64,000 nucleotides of DNA, from IMG/VR virus record IMGVR_UViG_3300046314_000148, positions 32,001-96,000 of that record, one strand, 5' to 3'. Positions 51,265 to 59,797 of this stretch are shown one piece after another (positions within the stretch are counted from its first letter, which is position 1; every line of letters starts with the position of its first letter). The translations under genes were made by a program, and so were the position numbers. Origin of the DNA: a virus. The notes under the pieces were generated by a model. It ran no database searches. It had not been told where the DNA came from and saw only the letters and a list, made by a program, of their open reading frames with translations.

Positions 51265-51486
51265 TTAGGCTAGAACCTTATCTAGAACCTTGGCAATCTG
51301 AGGGTAGAACACTAGGGCAACCGCTAGAGTGATACCAATCTTTACACCAGCAAAGAAAACATTTTCAACGGTATCGCTAGGCTCTGCCCCTGCTAGCAGA
51401 ATGAACAGATACAGGGCTAGATAAGTGCCAGCAACAACAGGGATAGCAACAACACCAGCGATTAGGCGACGGATAGCAAACTTCAT
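51265..51486 (-). CDS. small two-TM membrane protein
   Basis: Two hydrophobic helices. Confidence 0.65.
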   Translation of the reverse strand: MKFAIRRLIAGVVAIPVVAGTYLALYLFILLAGAEPSDTVENVFFAGVKIGITLAVALVFYPQIAKVLDKVLA

Positions 51487-52195
51487 TGGGTTACTCGCTC
51501 TCAGGGGTAGTGAATAGGTCAGACGGGTTAGATAGCATTATGTCAATCTGATAAATCAGGGTTTCCATTTCTTCGATAGTCATTAGATAACCTCGAACTC
51601 TAGGATTTCGTTAGCAAAGAACTTGTCGCTGTAAAACTTCATTAGCATTTCAGCGTGGATTGGGTCATAGGATGGGGTGATGATTGAGCCGTCTAGTAGG
51701 GTTACTTTGATTGTCATTTCTTTTTCCTTTTCTCTTTATGCTATAAGTCTAGGGTATGGGTCAGACAATGTCTAGTTAGACACGCCGTATTGTGCTACGC
51801 AAGACTCGCAAGCCTTTTCGTTGTTGTAGAGGTTACCCTCGCAGATTACACAGTGTCCTGTTGCTACATTTACCTTTAGTGAGTTCATCTCGAACTCCTT
51901 TCTTTTTTATTTCTTTTTCTTTATCTATATATATTCAAACATACATTAGGGGATTTGTCAAGTCTATTTAGGTAAACATTAGGTTAACAACTATCCACAG
52001 ATCGATCAAGTTATCCACAGGGGGCGACCCTAAAAATAGCTATTTGTCAAATCAGACACACCCATAGGGTCAAGATCCCGTTACAAAAACGTTATAAAAA
52101 ACTTTTGCGACACGCCGAGGGAAAATTTGACAAATGGTTATTAGTATGATTAACTATATATAGATAAAGATAGTTACTAAAAGAAAGGAGCCAAC

Positions 52196-52393
52196 ATGAT
52201 TGGTTCACTAGAAAAGATGGTTATGTTCCCTAACGCTCAGCGTGGATTCTCAGCAGTTATCGTTGAGACAGGAACAATCGCTCAGGCAAGAGAGATTGCT
52301 TACAAATGGGTTGCTCAGGGTTGCCCTCTAGGCGAGGGACTAATGGAATCCTTCCCAGAAATCAAAAGGTTCATTAGAGAACGCAAGTTCTAA
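52196..52393 (+). CDS. hypothetical protein (divergent early gene)
   Basis: RBS GAAAGGAG. Confidence 0.7.
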   Translation: MIGSLEKMVMFPNAQRGFSAVIVETGTIAQAREIAYKWVAQGCPLGEGLMESFPEIKRFIRERKF

Positions 52394-52441
52394 ATGTCCG
52401 AGGTATGAAATACAATAAGTTTAGATAGATAAGGATAGATT

Positions 52442-52642
52442 ATGAAACAGACACTAGGTCAGATTACAGATGAGATTATGAAGGCTGTCAAGGCTTATCA
52501 CGTTGCGTCAATGGGTAACGACACTCGAGAGATAGCATACGCTCAAGGCGAGTATCAGCGAATGATTCGTGAACACGGTGCTAAGGCTGTTGATACTGCT
52601 GTTCGCTACTACAACGAAAACGTTATCGGAAAGGCTAAGTAA
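52442..52642 (+). CDS. hypothetical protein
   Basis: -30-box promoter at 52394; RBS AAGGA. Confidence 0.7.
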   Translation: MKQTLGQITDEIMKAVKAYHVASMGNDTREIAYAQGEYQRMIREHGAKAVDTAVRYYNENVIGKAK

Positions 52643-53232
52643 ATAATTACACTCACTTTTGAGACTTGGGAAGAATTCGATCAAGCCCTGGCAGGGATAG
52701 TTTCTTTAGAGGTGGCACTAGTCCAAAACGATTAGCAGGCACCAGTGCCAGACAAAAGTTAACCCTATCAGTGTGCTCACTAATGGATGGTTGACTTTTT
52801 TGTTTAAATGTGTATCATACACAAGCTAGAAATATTCAGATTTTGCCAAATATGAAATTTTTCAGATTTTTCAGATCTATAATTATAACAATTTGGTAAC
52901 GAAATGGTAAAAACGTAGAAAATACTTCTGATGTATAATAATACTATGACATGTAACTGGGCACTTCGTATCTTTTTAGATAAATTTTGCTCTGCATGCA
53001 AACAGAAGGACAAAATGGACGTGCCAGAAGAGATCAAAAAAGAATGCAAATGCGAAAACTGCAAATGCAAGAACAATTAAGCTACCAAATAGCTAATTAT
53101 TGAGTAAAAAGCTAGTATCCACAGGTATGCGAGGGTAACTGCCGCAATAACGTATCCTGTTTTCTTCATTTGTAATACCAAATCCATAAACAAACAGCAG
53201 CAACTAAACAAACTATACCTAAGATAGTCATA

Positions 53233-53418
53233 TTAGATCAATCCATGCTCTTTGAGCTTGATCATAACAAGTTTAGTAGATATATTTAGCTCGTTAGCGA
53301 TCTCGCCAACTTCTTTTCCTTGAACCAGGTATGCATTTGTCATCCAATCAAGGCTATTATGTAACTTTGCGTCTTTATCAGTCATGATTGTCCTATCGAT
53401 TGGTATTAATGATGCCAT
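53233..53418 (-). CDS. small HTH-like protein
   Basis: EIANELNIS..LV..KLKEHGL. Confidence 0.55.
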   Translation of the reverse strand: MASLIPIDRTIMTDKDAKLHNSLDWMTNAYLVQGKEVGEIANELNISTKLVMIKLKEHGLI

Positions 53419-53587
53419 ACTCTAGAAGAGTGTCGTACAGTAGACCATTTACGTAGTTCAACTGTTCCTTTTGTGTAATAATCTGCTGCTCTAGCACATC
53501 TGATGGTACATTGTGCTGGGCACCCATCTCACGATTCATATTATTGATAACCTCTGTCATCACATTAACAACTTCATCACGTAGCAT
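53393..53587 (-). CDS. hypothetical protein
   Basis: RBS AAGGAG. Confidence 0.6.
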   Translation of the reverse strand: MLRDEVVNVMTEVINNMNREMGAQHNVPSDVLEQQIITQKEQLNYVNGLLYDTLLEYGIINTNR

Positions 53588-53687
53588 TCTGTCTCCTTTT
53601 GTAGTGATATATCTATAATATCATAAAATCAAGTTTTAGTAAAGTTTCGACGGTACATAGAGACCGTAGGTCTGCTCAAAGAGCGTA

Positions 53688-53897
53688 TTACCAATTACCT
53701 ATAGGACAAGAAGCTTGTTTGAGCGTACTCTTAAGTTTCATAAAACATCCACACTTACGACATTTGACCAAACGCTTATCCAACCATGGACATTGTCTGC
53801 ATATATCGAGACGTGCTTCTATTAGTTCTTTATCTGACCTAGGCTGATTTGGATCAAATAGATCAAAAAACTTGACATCCCCTGGATTTCCTGACAT
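53688..53897 (-). CDS. Cys-rich small protein (DUF6171-like)
   Basis: RLDICRQCP...CRKCGCFM...CPIGNW. Confidence 0.7.
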   Translation of the reverse strand: MSGNPGDVKFFDLFDPNQPRSDKELIEARLDICRQCPWLDKRLVKCRKCGCFMKLKSTLKQASCPIGNW

Positions 53898-53935
53898 ACT
53901 AGTTAGTTTACCATAAAAAGTGTTATAATAAACCT

Positions 53936-54619
53936 ATGACTATTTCAATTCCGAACTCAACCAAGGTGTCAAAGCCTAATAGCGACAACGTCATTATCGA
54001 AATGATAACTGGCCCAGATGTTTATCAGCCACTGCAAGAGACAGCTCCTGCACTAGAGGTATTCTTCAAGCAATACCGAGACATGGGCACCCCAGAAAAC
54101 TTCAAGGTTGCAGATTTTGGTTCTGGAACTGGCCAGCTAGGAATTCTTGTTAAGAGAACCTACCCACAGACCGAAGTTTCTCTATACGAGAACGATGCAA
54201 ATGCAGAGAAGTACATTCTTGCGAACGCAGAGCTACACAACGTAGATGTATCAGTCAACATGGTAGATGTAGCAACTATCGATGCTCCAGCATACTTCGA
54301 TGCAGTCATCTCATCTCCTCCATTCCTTCCAGAGATCCTAAAGAGAATCAACTGGCACGGTAACAACAGCGATGCTCCAGAGACAGCTATCTTTGGTGGT
54401 CTAAAGGGCCTAGAGGTTATCGATGTTTTCATCCTTAAGGCTGCACAAGTTCTAAAGACTGGCGGATACATTGTTCAGCTACACTCTCACCCTCAGACTG
54501 CGGATGTTGTTTCTCTACTGGAGAACGCTGGCTTCTCAAACATCGAGACATTCAGACTAAACTCACCAGAGGAACTGGATCTAGAAGAAGCAGTATTTAC
54601 TCTAGCTTTCAAGAACTAA
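53936..54619 (+). CDS. HemK/PrmC-like SAM methyltransferase
   Basis: DFGSGTG, N...NA..H, SSPPF, AIFGGLKGL, L..GG. Confidence 0.75.
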   Translation: MTISIPNSTKVSKPNSDNVIIEMITGPDVYQPLQETAPALEVFFKQYRDMGTPENFKVADFGSGTGQLGILVKRTYPQTEVSLYENDANAEKYILANAELHNVDVSVNMVDVATIDAPAYFDAVISSPPFLPEILKRINWHGNNSDAPETAIFGGLKGLEVIDVFILKAAQVLKTGGYIVQLHSHPQTADVVSLLENAGFSNIETFRLNSPEELDLEEAVFTLAFKN

Positions 54620-54637
54620 TCAATCCATAACGCAATT

Positions 54638-54664
54638 GCTCACTAGGAAACTAGTGGGCTTTTT
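54638..54664 (+). terminator. intrinsic terminator
   Basis: GCTCACTAG-GAAA-CTAGTGGGC-TTTTT. Confidence 0.8.
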
Positions 54665-54780
54665 GCATATGTGGATGTGGGGACCTCTTATCACGGCGAA
54701 CTTTACCGCCCGACTCAAAGAGTTATATTTTTCGCTTTGCTCTAATTTTTTCGTAAAAACGCATTTATAATTGTATCATC

Positions 54781-55068
54781 ATGACAATTCAAGACTGGCT
54801 TGGTTTAATATTAACCTCATTATCAATACTCACAGTAGTAGGCATCGGCTTCAGATGGGTGATTAGACATTATCTAAAAGATGTGCTACATGAATTGAAA
54901 CCTAATGGTGGATCCAGCTTAAAGGATCAGGTCAACAGACTGGAGAATAATTTGCATGGGCTAGAGAAGGCTCAAGAAGAAGCGGACCAGTTAAGAAAAC
55001 AAATGAATGTAAAGATTGATCACATGTACGAAGTATTACTAGATTATATAGCTAAAACTAATAAGTAA
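54781..55068 (+). CDS. membrane protein (ELKPNGGSSLKD family)
   Basis: N-terminal TM; actinophage-type NGGSSLKD motif. Confidence 0.7.
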   Translation: MTIQDWLGLILTSLSILTVVGIGFRWVIRHYLKDVLHELKPNGGSSLKDQVNRLENNLHGLEKAQEEADQLRKQMNVKIDHMYEVLLDYIAKTNK

Positions 55069-55255
55069 TATATAATATATATCTAATATGAGATATCTTA
55101 AAAACTAAACTTAAAGATATAATTTATATTTAATAATAATAGATTGTAGCACCTTTCGGCATTCCTTGAGGTGATTTTGTGTAAATTATTTATAACGATG
55201 TTGTAACTATTAAATAAATAAGGTTAAATTATCATTCTATGATATAATTTTCCTT

Positions 55256-55312
55256 GACTAGTACTTAGGACTGTCTCTCATACCCACCACTCCTAGGTAC
55301 TAGTCTTTTTTA
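55256..55312 (+). ncRNA. candidate single-hairpin sRNA
   Basis: Promoter TGATATAAT at 55240; 15-bp stem, 20-nt C/U-rich loop, U-tract. Confidence 0.45.
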
Positions 55313-55339
55313 TTTTTTATGAGGTATAATGTAATTACT

Positions 55340-55729
55340 ATGACTACTTCTGCATGCTGCCCTGATGAATACTTTGGATCTAATCCCATTACCATTAAAT
55401 GGAATGTCGTTAGAGGCGATACCGCTAAGCTTCGTGTCCAGTTCTTTGATAACGACGAGGTAACGGTATTTGATACAGATGGCTGGGAGTACGCTGCCTC
55501 GGCATATGATGCTAGAGGAGAATTCCTAGACGAACTAGAGGTATCTGTTGGCAATGGCTACTTGGATATAATTGCTGCCTCGGATGTCACTAAGAACTGG
55601 GGAGAGGGTTCTGGATCAGTGGTAGCAGAGCTAACATTTGATCTCGAAGTAACCATCGACGATACTGTCTGGACTCCAATTATAGGAACTATTTCTGTTA
55701 TTGGTGATGTCACTGGAGGAAGCCTCTAA
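55340..55729 (+). CDS. virion structural protein (BppU-N-like, RGDT motif)
   Basis: VVRGDT...G.I.V..DVT; related to 56555 and 60329. Confidence 0.6.
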   Translation: MTTSACCPDEYFGSNPITIKWNVVRGDTAKLRVQFFDNDEVTVFDTDGWEYAASAYDARGEFLDELEVSVGNGYLDIIAASDVTKNWGEGSGSVVAELTFDLEVTIDDTVWTPIIGTISVIGDVTGGSL

Positions 55730-55837
55730 TGCCAGTTATAAAAGTGACAACTAACAATATATCTATCCCACCAATTATTAAAATTGGCAACAAAGTTTTT
55801 AAAACAAATAAGTAATATAGTCTGAGATAATTGTTAT

Positions 55838-56539
55838 ATGGCAACCTCATCTAACATTAATTTCCCTACATCGGGATACGCCTCCAAGGTAAAGGCTTCG
55901 CAGCAAATCGAAGAGCCACAATTTTTTGCCGTCCCAGGACCACAGGGGCCTCCTGGACCGCAGGGACCAAAGGGGCTTCCAGGAGTTCCAGGAGAGTCTA
56001 TAAAAGGCGACAGAGGCGACACAGGCCCTGCAGGACCACAAGGAGAGGCTGGCAGGTCATATCTCCCATCGTATAATCAAAAAATTGGCTGGGCAAGGTA
56101 TGTTAGCAAAACTGTTAAGTCAAAACCAATAGGTGCAACACGTGGAGAAGATGGCTGGGTTAGTTTTTGGATAGACTCTTCTCAGAAAATAGAAGACTAT
56201 TTGCCAGAAGGATCTGTAAGCCTGTATAGTGATGAAACTAGAAGAATAAACTTTAAAGGCCTAGAAATAGGATCTCAGATACAAATAACCTACGATTTTC
56301 AAATTGAGACATTTGGTAGCAACACTGAGCTTTGGGTAAGATCACTATTTCCAGGAACCGAGAAGGCAGTAACAACCTTTTTTGCTTCTTTTAAGTATCA
56401 GCACACATACGATATATCAATAACTCAAAACTTCACTATCGATAGTCAACTAGAGAAAACAGCTGGAGTAGTTCCACAACTAATGTCAGACCTAGATGCT
56501 ACAGCGATTCTAAAATCAGTATATATCTCAGTATATTAG
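55838..56539 (+). CDS. collagen-repeat tail/fibre protein
   Basis: (Gly-X-Y)n [13 protein letters not shown]... Confidence 0.75.
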   Translation: MATSSNINFPTSGYASKVKASQQIEEPQFFAVPGPQGPPGPQGPKGLPGVPGESIKGDRGDTGPAGPQGEAGRSYLPSYNQKIGWARYVSKTVKSKPIGATRGEDGWVSFWIDSSQKIEDYLPEGSVSLYSDETRRINFKGLEIGSQIQITYDFQIETFGSNTELWVRSLFPGTEKAVTTFFASFKYQHTYDISITQNFTIDSQLEKTAGVVPQLMSDLDATAILKSVYISVY

Positions 56540-56554
56540 TGTATAATATAAGTT

Positions 56555-56920
56555 ATGGCATTCCCAGGTACATACAACATTTCATACTACAAAGGAGACA
56601 CCTTTGAGTTTAGAATTTACCCTAAAGATATCACTGGTGCAGCCTTCGACTTAACAGATTTCTCTGCAAACGGTTCTGCAAAATTTACAATTGCTACCGC
56701 CAGAGGGTCTGGTGCAACTCAGGTAGAGGCTACAGCAGAGATCTCATCAGACCTAACCCACATTGCATGCGTTATAACACCATCTCAGGGGTCTACCCTA
56801 AGTGCTTCAATACAATATGTCTATGACGTAGAAATCTCAAGAACTGTATCTGGAAGCTATCCTTATGTTTACACTTTGCTAACTGGTACGCTGTCTGTTA
56901 CTGATCAGGTTTCTGTATAA
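56555..56920 (+). CDS. virion structural protein (BppU-N-like)
   Basis: YKGDTF...YVYDVEI...G.L.V...V. Confidence 0.6.
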   Translation: MAFPGTYNISYYKGDTFEFRIYPKDITGAAFDLTDFSANGSAKFTIATARGSGATQVEATAEISSDLTHIACVITPSQGSTLSASIQYVYDVEISRTVSGSYPYVYTLLTGTLSVTDQVSV

Positions 56921-57504
56921 TGGTAGATATTTCAACAACCATTGCTTCTGCAAATCTAAACATAATCGGCGGCCCTTCAAATATAGAGGTATCGGTTGAC
57001 TATGGACAACGAGGCGATAGAGGCAGCTTAATTCTTTATGGTCAGGGAAAGCCACACCTAGTGAGCTTGCCAGAAACCGCAGCTCTATACGACATGTATA
57101 TAAATCTTTTGCCATCAGACGACGAATACAGATATGTCTATCAGTATATAAATACTCCTACTGGCCTAGAGTGGTCAGCACTTTTTAAGCTAGAGGTAAA
57201 TACATATAGCAATAACCAGGACCTGTCTTTTGTGGATGGTTCTGTAGAGGTTTGGATTCCTGTGTCTTCAGTTACTGGATCAGAAGCCCCACTGTCTAGT
57301 TTAACTGCTGAAAGTTTTAATATTCAGTATTCCATAGTTTCTCAAAACCCAATAGCGTCATCATTTTCTATAGGGGATGTTACAACATCTCCAACAGACA
57401 TTTTGTCTTTACCAATCACGATTAACGCATCAGAGCTAGACTCTGGAACTTGGTCGCCTCTATCTGGTCAGAAAACGGTTCACCTATTTGTGACTATGGT
57501 ATAA
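56920..57504 (+). CDS. putative tail/baseplate protein
   Basis: GQRGDRGS..L.G.G.P motif; structural-gene context. Confidence 0.55.
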   Translation: MVDISTTIASANLNIIGGPSNIEVSVDYGQRGDRGSLILYGQGKPHLVSLPETAALYDMYINLLPSDDEYRYVYQYINTPTGLEWSALFKLEVNTYSNNQDLSFVDGSVEVWIPVSSVTGSEAPLSSLTAESFNIQYSIVSQNPIASSFSIGDVTTSPTDILSLPITINASELDSGTWSPLSGQKTVHLFVTMV

Positions 57505-57521
57505 TTTAGAAAGGTGATAAG

Positions 57522-57980
57522 ATGACTGCACAAAATATTGATGGTACCTCTCTAGGTACTGGCGTTTATAATACAAAAGTTCCTGGATATGACGATCCAG
57601 CAGACATTCAAGCAGCTCTAAAACTATTCCTTTATGGATCAACGACCTTCGACCCTGCAGCAGCAGGAGCAATCGATAACTTGCCAAATCCGTCTATTGC
57701 TAGATATATCAAGGTTATGCAAGATGAGATCGATGCTCTGGAATCAGCAGGACTTGGATCTTCGTATGGCAATGAGCCTACCTCTCCACCTTCTGGATAT
57801 ATCTGGATGCCAAATACCTCAACTACTACTGTTCCGCTAGTTCAAGCTGTTATTTACCAGAACTCTGCCCCAGTGTCAAACCTCGTTGACGGCCTACTGT
57901 GGGTAGATAAGAATTCGACACCACTAACAATGTATGTGTATGATCTAGGAACAACTACCTGGAAAGAGATAAGTGCATAA
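57522..57980 (+). CDS. putative tail protein
   Basis: P..G.IW and G.LWVD repeats. Confidence 0.55.
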   Translation: MTAQNIDGTSLGTGVYNTKVPGYDDPADIQAALKLFLYGSTTFDPAAAGAIDNLPNPSIARYIKVMQDEIDALESAGLGSSYGNEPTSPPSGYIWMPNTSTTTVPLVQAVIYQNSAPVSNLVDGLLWVDKNSTPLTMYVYDLGTTTWKEISA

Positions 57981-58624
57981 TGACAACATATCCGATAAGC
58001 TCAGAGGCCAAAGTTGCCTACCTATTTGACGGAACAAACTGGAGACCAATCTCTGGTGTAGCTAGCCCAAGTGCTGACTATACCTGGACTGGCGATCATG
58101 TTTTTAATTCAGAATCAACAGTAACATTGGAGACAGTAGTAAAAAATAAGGCTGGTATCAATAATTTTGCTACAGCTACCGCTAGAGATGCTGCACTGCC
58201 AAACCCAGTTACTGGCTTGGTTGCCTTTGTTGCATCCGATGCCGATGGTACCGTAAATGACATTCAATTTTTCGATGGAACTAGGTGGAGATCATCTAAT
58301 GATGCTGCTATTCTAAAGTCTCCAGTTGTATCTGCAAATGCTTATACACTTGTTGCAACAGATGCTGGCAACAGTCTAAAGATTACTGCTTCTACTGCAA
58401 CAACTATCTATATTCCAGAAAATGCATCTAACTCATTTAAGATTGGTCAGAAGGTAGAGATCTTGAGACTTGGATCTGGTGCAGTATCTATTGCTCCAGT
58501 TTCTGGCACAGTAGTCCTTAACAGTAAATCTTCAAACAGAAAGATTGCTGCACAATATTCTGGTGCAGTTCTTACAAAGACCAACACAAACGAGTGGCTC
58601 CTAATAGGCGATCTGACGGCGTAG
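57980..58624 (+). CDS. putative tail fibre protein
   Basis: FATATARDAA..P..G; C-terminal YTLV..DAG...W.LIGDL. Confidence 0.65.
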   Translation: MTTYPISSEAKVAYLFDGTNWRPISGVASPSADYTWTGDHVFNSESTVTLETVVKNKAGINNFATATARDAALPNPVTGLVAFVASDADGTVNDIQFFDGTRWRSSNDAAILKSPVVSANAYTLVATDAGNSLKITASTATTIYIPENASNSFKIGQKVEILRLGSGAVSIAPVSGTVVLNSKSSNRKIAAQYSGAVLTKTNTNEWLLIGDLTA

Positions 58625-58632
58625 GATAAGTC

Positions 58633-58980
58633 ATGATTGGTTCATTTGGTTTGTGGTCATCCTCTAAGGGAATGAAAACTGTATCTGACTTGGTCGGAAA
58701 AACTAGGACCGACGCTACTGCTCAGATACTGGCCGATGGGTTTATCCAGGGAACAGAAACGAAGTTTGACTCTACAGATGCAGCAGACCTGCTAAAGCAT
58801 AACACCATTAAGTCACAGGAACCTGTTGCTGGAACTTTGTTTACCTACGAGTTGCCAGTGAATGTAACCTATATATCGTTTGGCTTTACACCATTTGGAG
58901 TGTTTAGCTTTGGCCCATTTTCAGTTTTCAATTTCTTTGGAGTCTTCAGCTTTGGGTTTTCTGTATTTAGCTTTAGATAG
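58633..58980 (+). CDS. PASTA-like protein with Phe-rich repetitive C-terminus
   Basis: V.DLVGK....A...I...G...I.SQ.P.AG; tail FGFTPFGVFSFGPFSVFNFFGVFSFGFSVFSFR. Confidence 0.6.
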   Translation: MIGSFGLWSSSKGMKTVSDLVGKTRTDATAQILADGFIQGTETKFDSTDAADLLKHNTIKSQEPVAGTLFTYELPVNVTYISFGFTPFGVFSFGPFSVFNFFGVFSFGFSVFSFR

Positions 58981-59551
58981 TCTTCACGATTGTTGTATAA
59001 GAAACTGCCGAATACTTCCCAGCAAATTTTTCTATATCTTCGACTCTTGTTAGATGCCCATGCTTGGGTGCATGAATCATTTTTCCATTACCGACATATA
59101 TACCAACGTGATATGCTGACTTGTTCCCGTTGTATTTGAATACTACAAGGTCCCCAGGTTTTGGTGTTTTAGTCTTTGTTCCAAAGTTCTCCTGCTGGGA
59201 TGCACGGTGCTCTAGTTCAACCCCCAGCTGCTCATAAAACCATAGGGTTAGCCCAGAGCAGTCCCAACCTTGGGGGGTAGCTCCAGAAAAAACATACCAA
59301 GTTTTGTTAACGTGAGCAGACAGTTTATCTATTGCTTTGTCTACTGCAATTGTGTTTTCTCTAAGCTTTTGAATTCTGGCTTCATTTATAGCGTCTTGTG
59401 CCCTGACCTCTAGTCTTTGTAGAGTGGCTACAGAGACATGGTTTCCACGTTCTGGTCTTTCGGGGGTTGTCGATCCAGAAGAAACTCCAGCTGAAATACT
59501 TCCAGTTGCAATTGTAAAAATTGTGGTTCCTATTAGCAATAATTCTTTCAT
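58973..59551 (-). CDS. secreted NlpC/P60 peptidoglycan hydrolase
   Basis: Signal peptide; DCSGL, PGDLV.F, HVGIY.G.G.MIHA. Confidence 0.9.
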   Translation of the reverse strand: MKELLLIGTTIFTIATGSISAGVSSGSTTPERPERGNHVSVATLQRLEVRAQDAINEARIQKLRENTIAVDKAIDKLSAHVNKTWYVFSGATPQGWDCSGLTLWFYEQLGVELEHRASQQENFGTKTKTPKPGDLVVFKYNGNKSAYHVGIYVGNGKMIHAPKHGHLTRVEDIEKFAGKYSAVSYTTIVKTI

Positions 59552-59620
59552 AAATTACTACCTCCTTTTTATTCTTTTCGTAGTTACGACCCTTACACGG
59601 TCTTGGCGACAATATTTTTA

Positions 59621-59698
59621 TTAGTGCGATAGCAATAAAAATGTCTGTTGTTGAGAGTTAGTTAGGATTTCAACATTGTTGTTACTCTGTTTAGTCAT
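59621..59698 (-). CDS. 25-aa leader peptide upstream of NlpC/P60
   Basis: AAGGAGG RBS; MTKQSNNNVEILTNSQQQTFLLLSH*. Confidence 0.45.
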   Translation of the reverse strand: MTKQSNNNVEILTNSQQQTFLLLSH

Positions 59699-59797
59699 TT
59701 GTCCTCCTTAGAACAAAAACTTCCTTTTACGGAAGTCAGACATCAATTATACCACTTTTTAGTCATTTTAAGGAAACAGTCTGATATAATTTAATAT

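Larger units (their letters stand above)
45883..51888 (-). other. additional micro-ORFs (<60 aa) filling the early region
   Basis: For example 45883..46014, 49723..49875, 50408..50539, 50593..50733 and 51583..51717; most have their own promoter or RBS. Confidence 0.55.
41400..52050. repeat. nine dispersed 49-bp dyad sites TTGACA-N13-GGGG(YCG/CGR)CCCC-N13-TGTCAA
   Basis: Cores at 41419, 44472, 45668, 47163, 48345, 49963, 50880, 51222 and 52021; all intergenic. Confidence 0.85.

Noticed and set aside
41400-52050. Integron attC cassette array
   Set aside because: No RYYYAAC/GTTRRRY ends, no long imperfect hairpin across the site and no integrase visible; the genes have their own promoters
40224-52100. 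CRISPR or other tandem guide-RNA array
   Set aside because: Repeats are dispersed 0.3-3 kb apart with genes between them; no regular repeat-spacer period and no cas-like gene in the window
59552-59755. c-di-AMP (ydaO) riboswitch before NlpC/P60
   Set aside because: Conserved ydaO sequence blocks were not recognised; the region is AT-rich and contains a uORF instead
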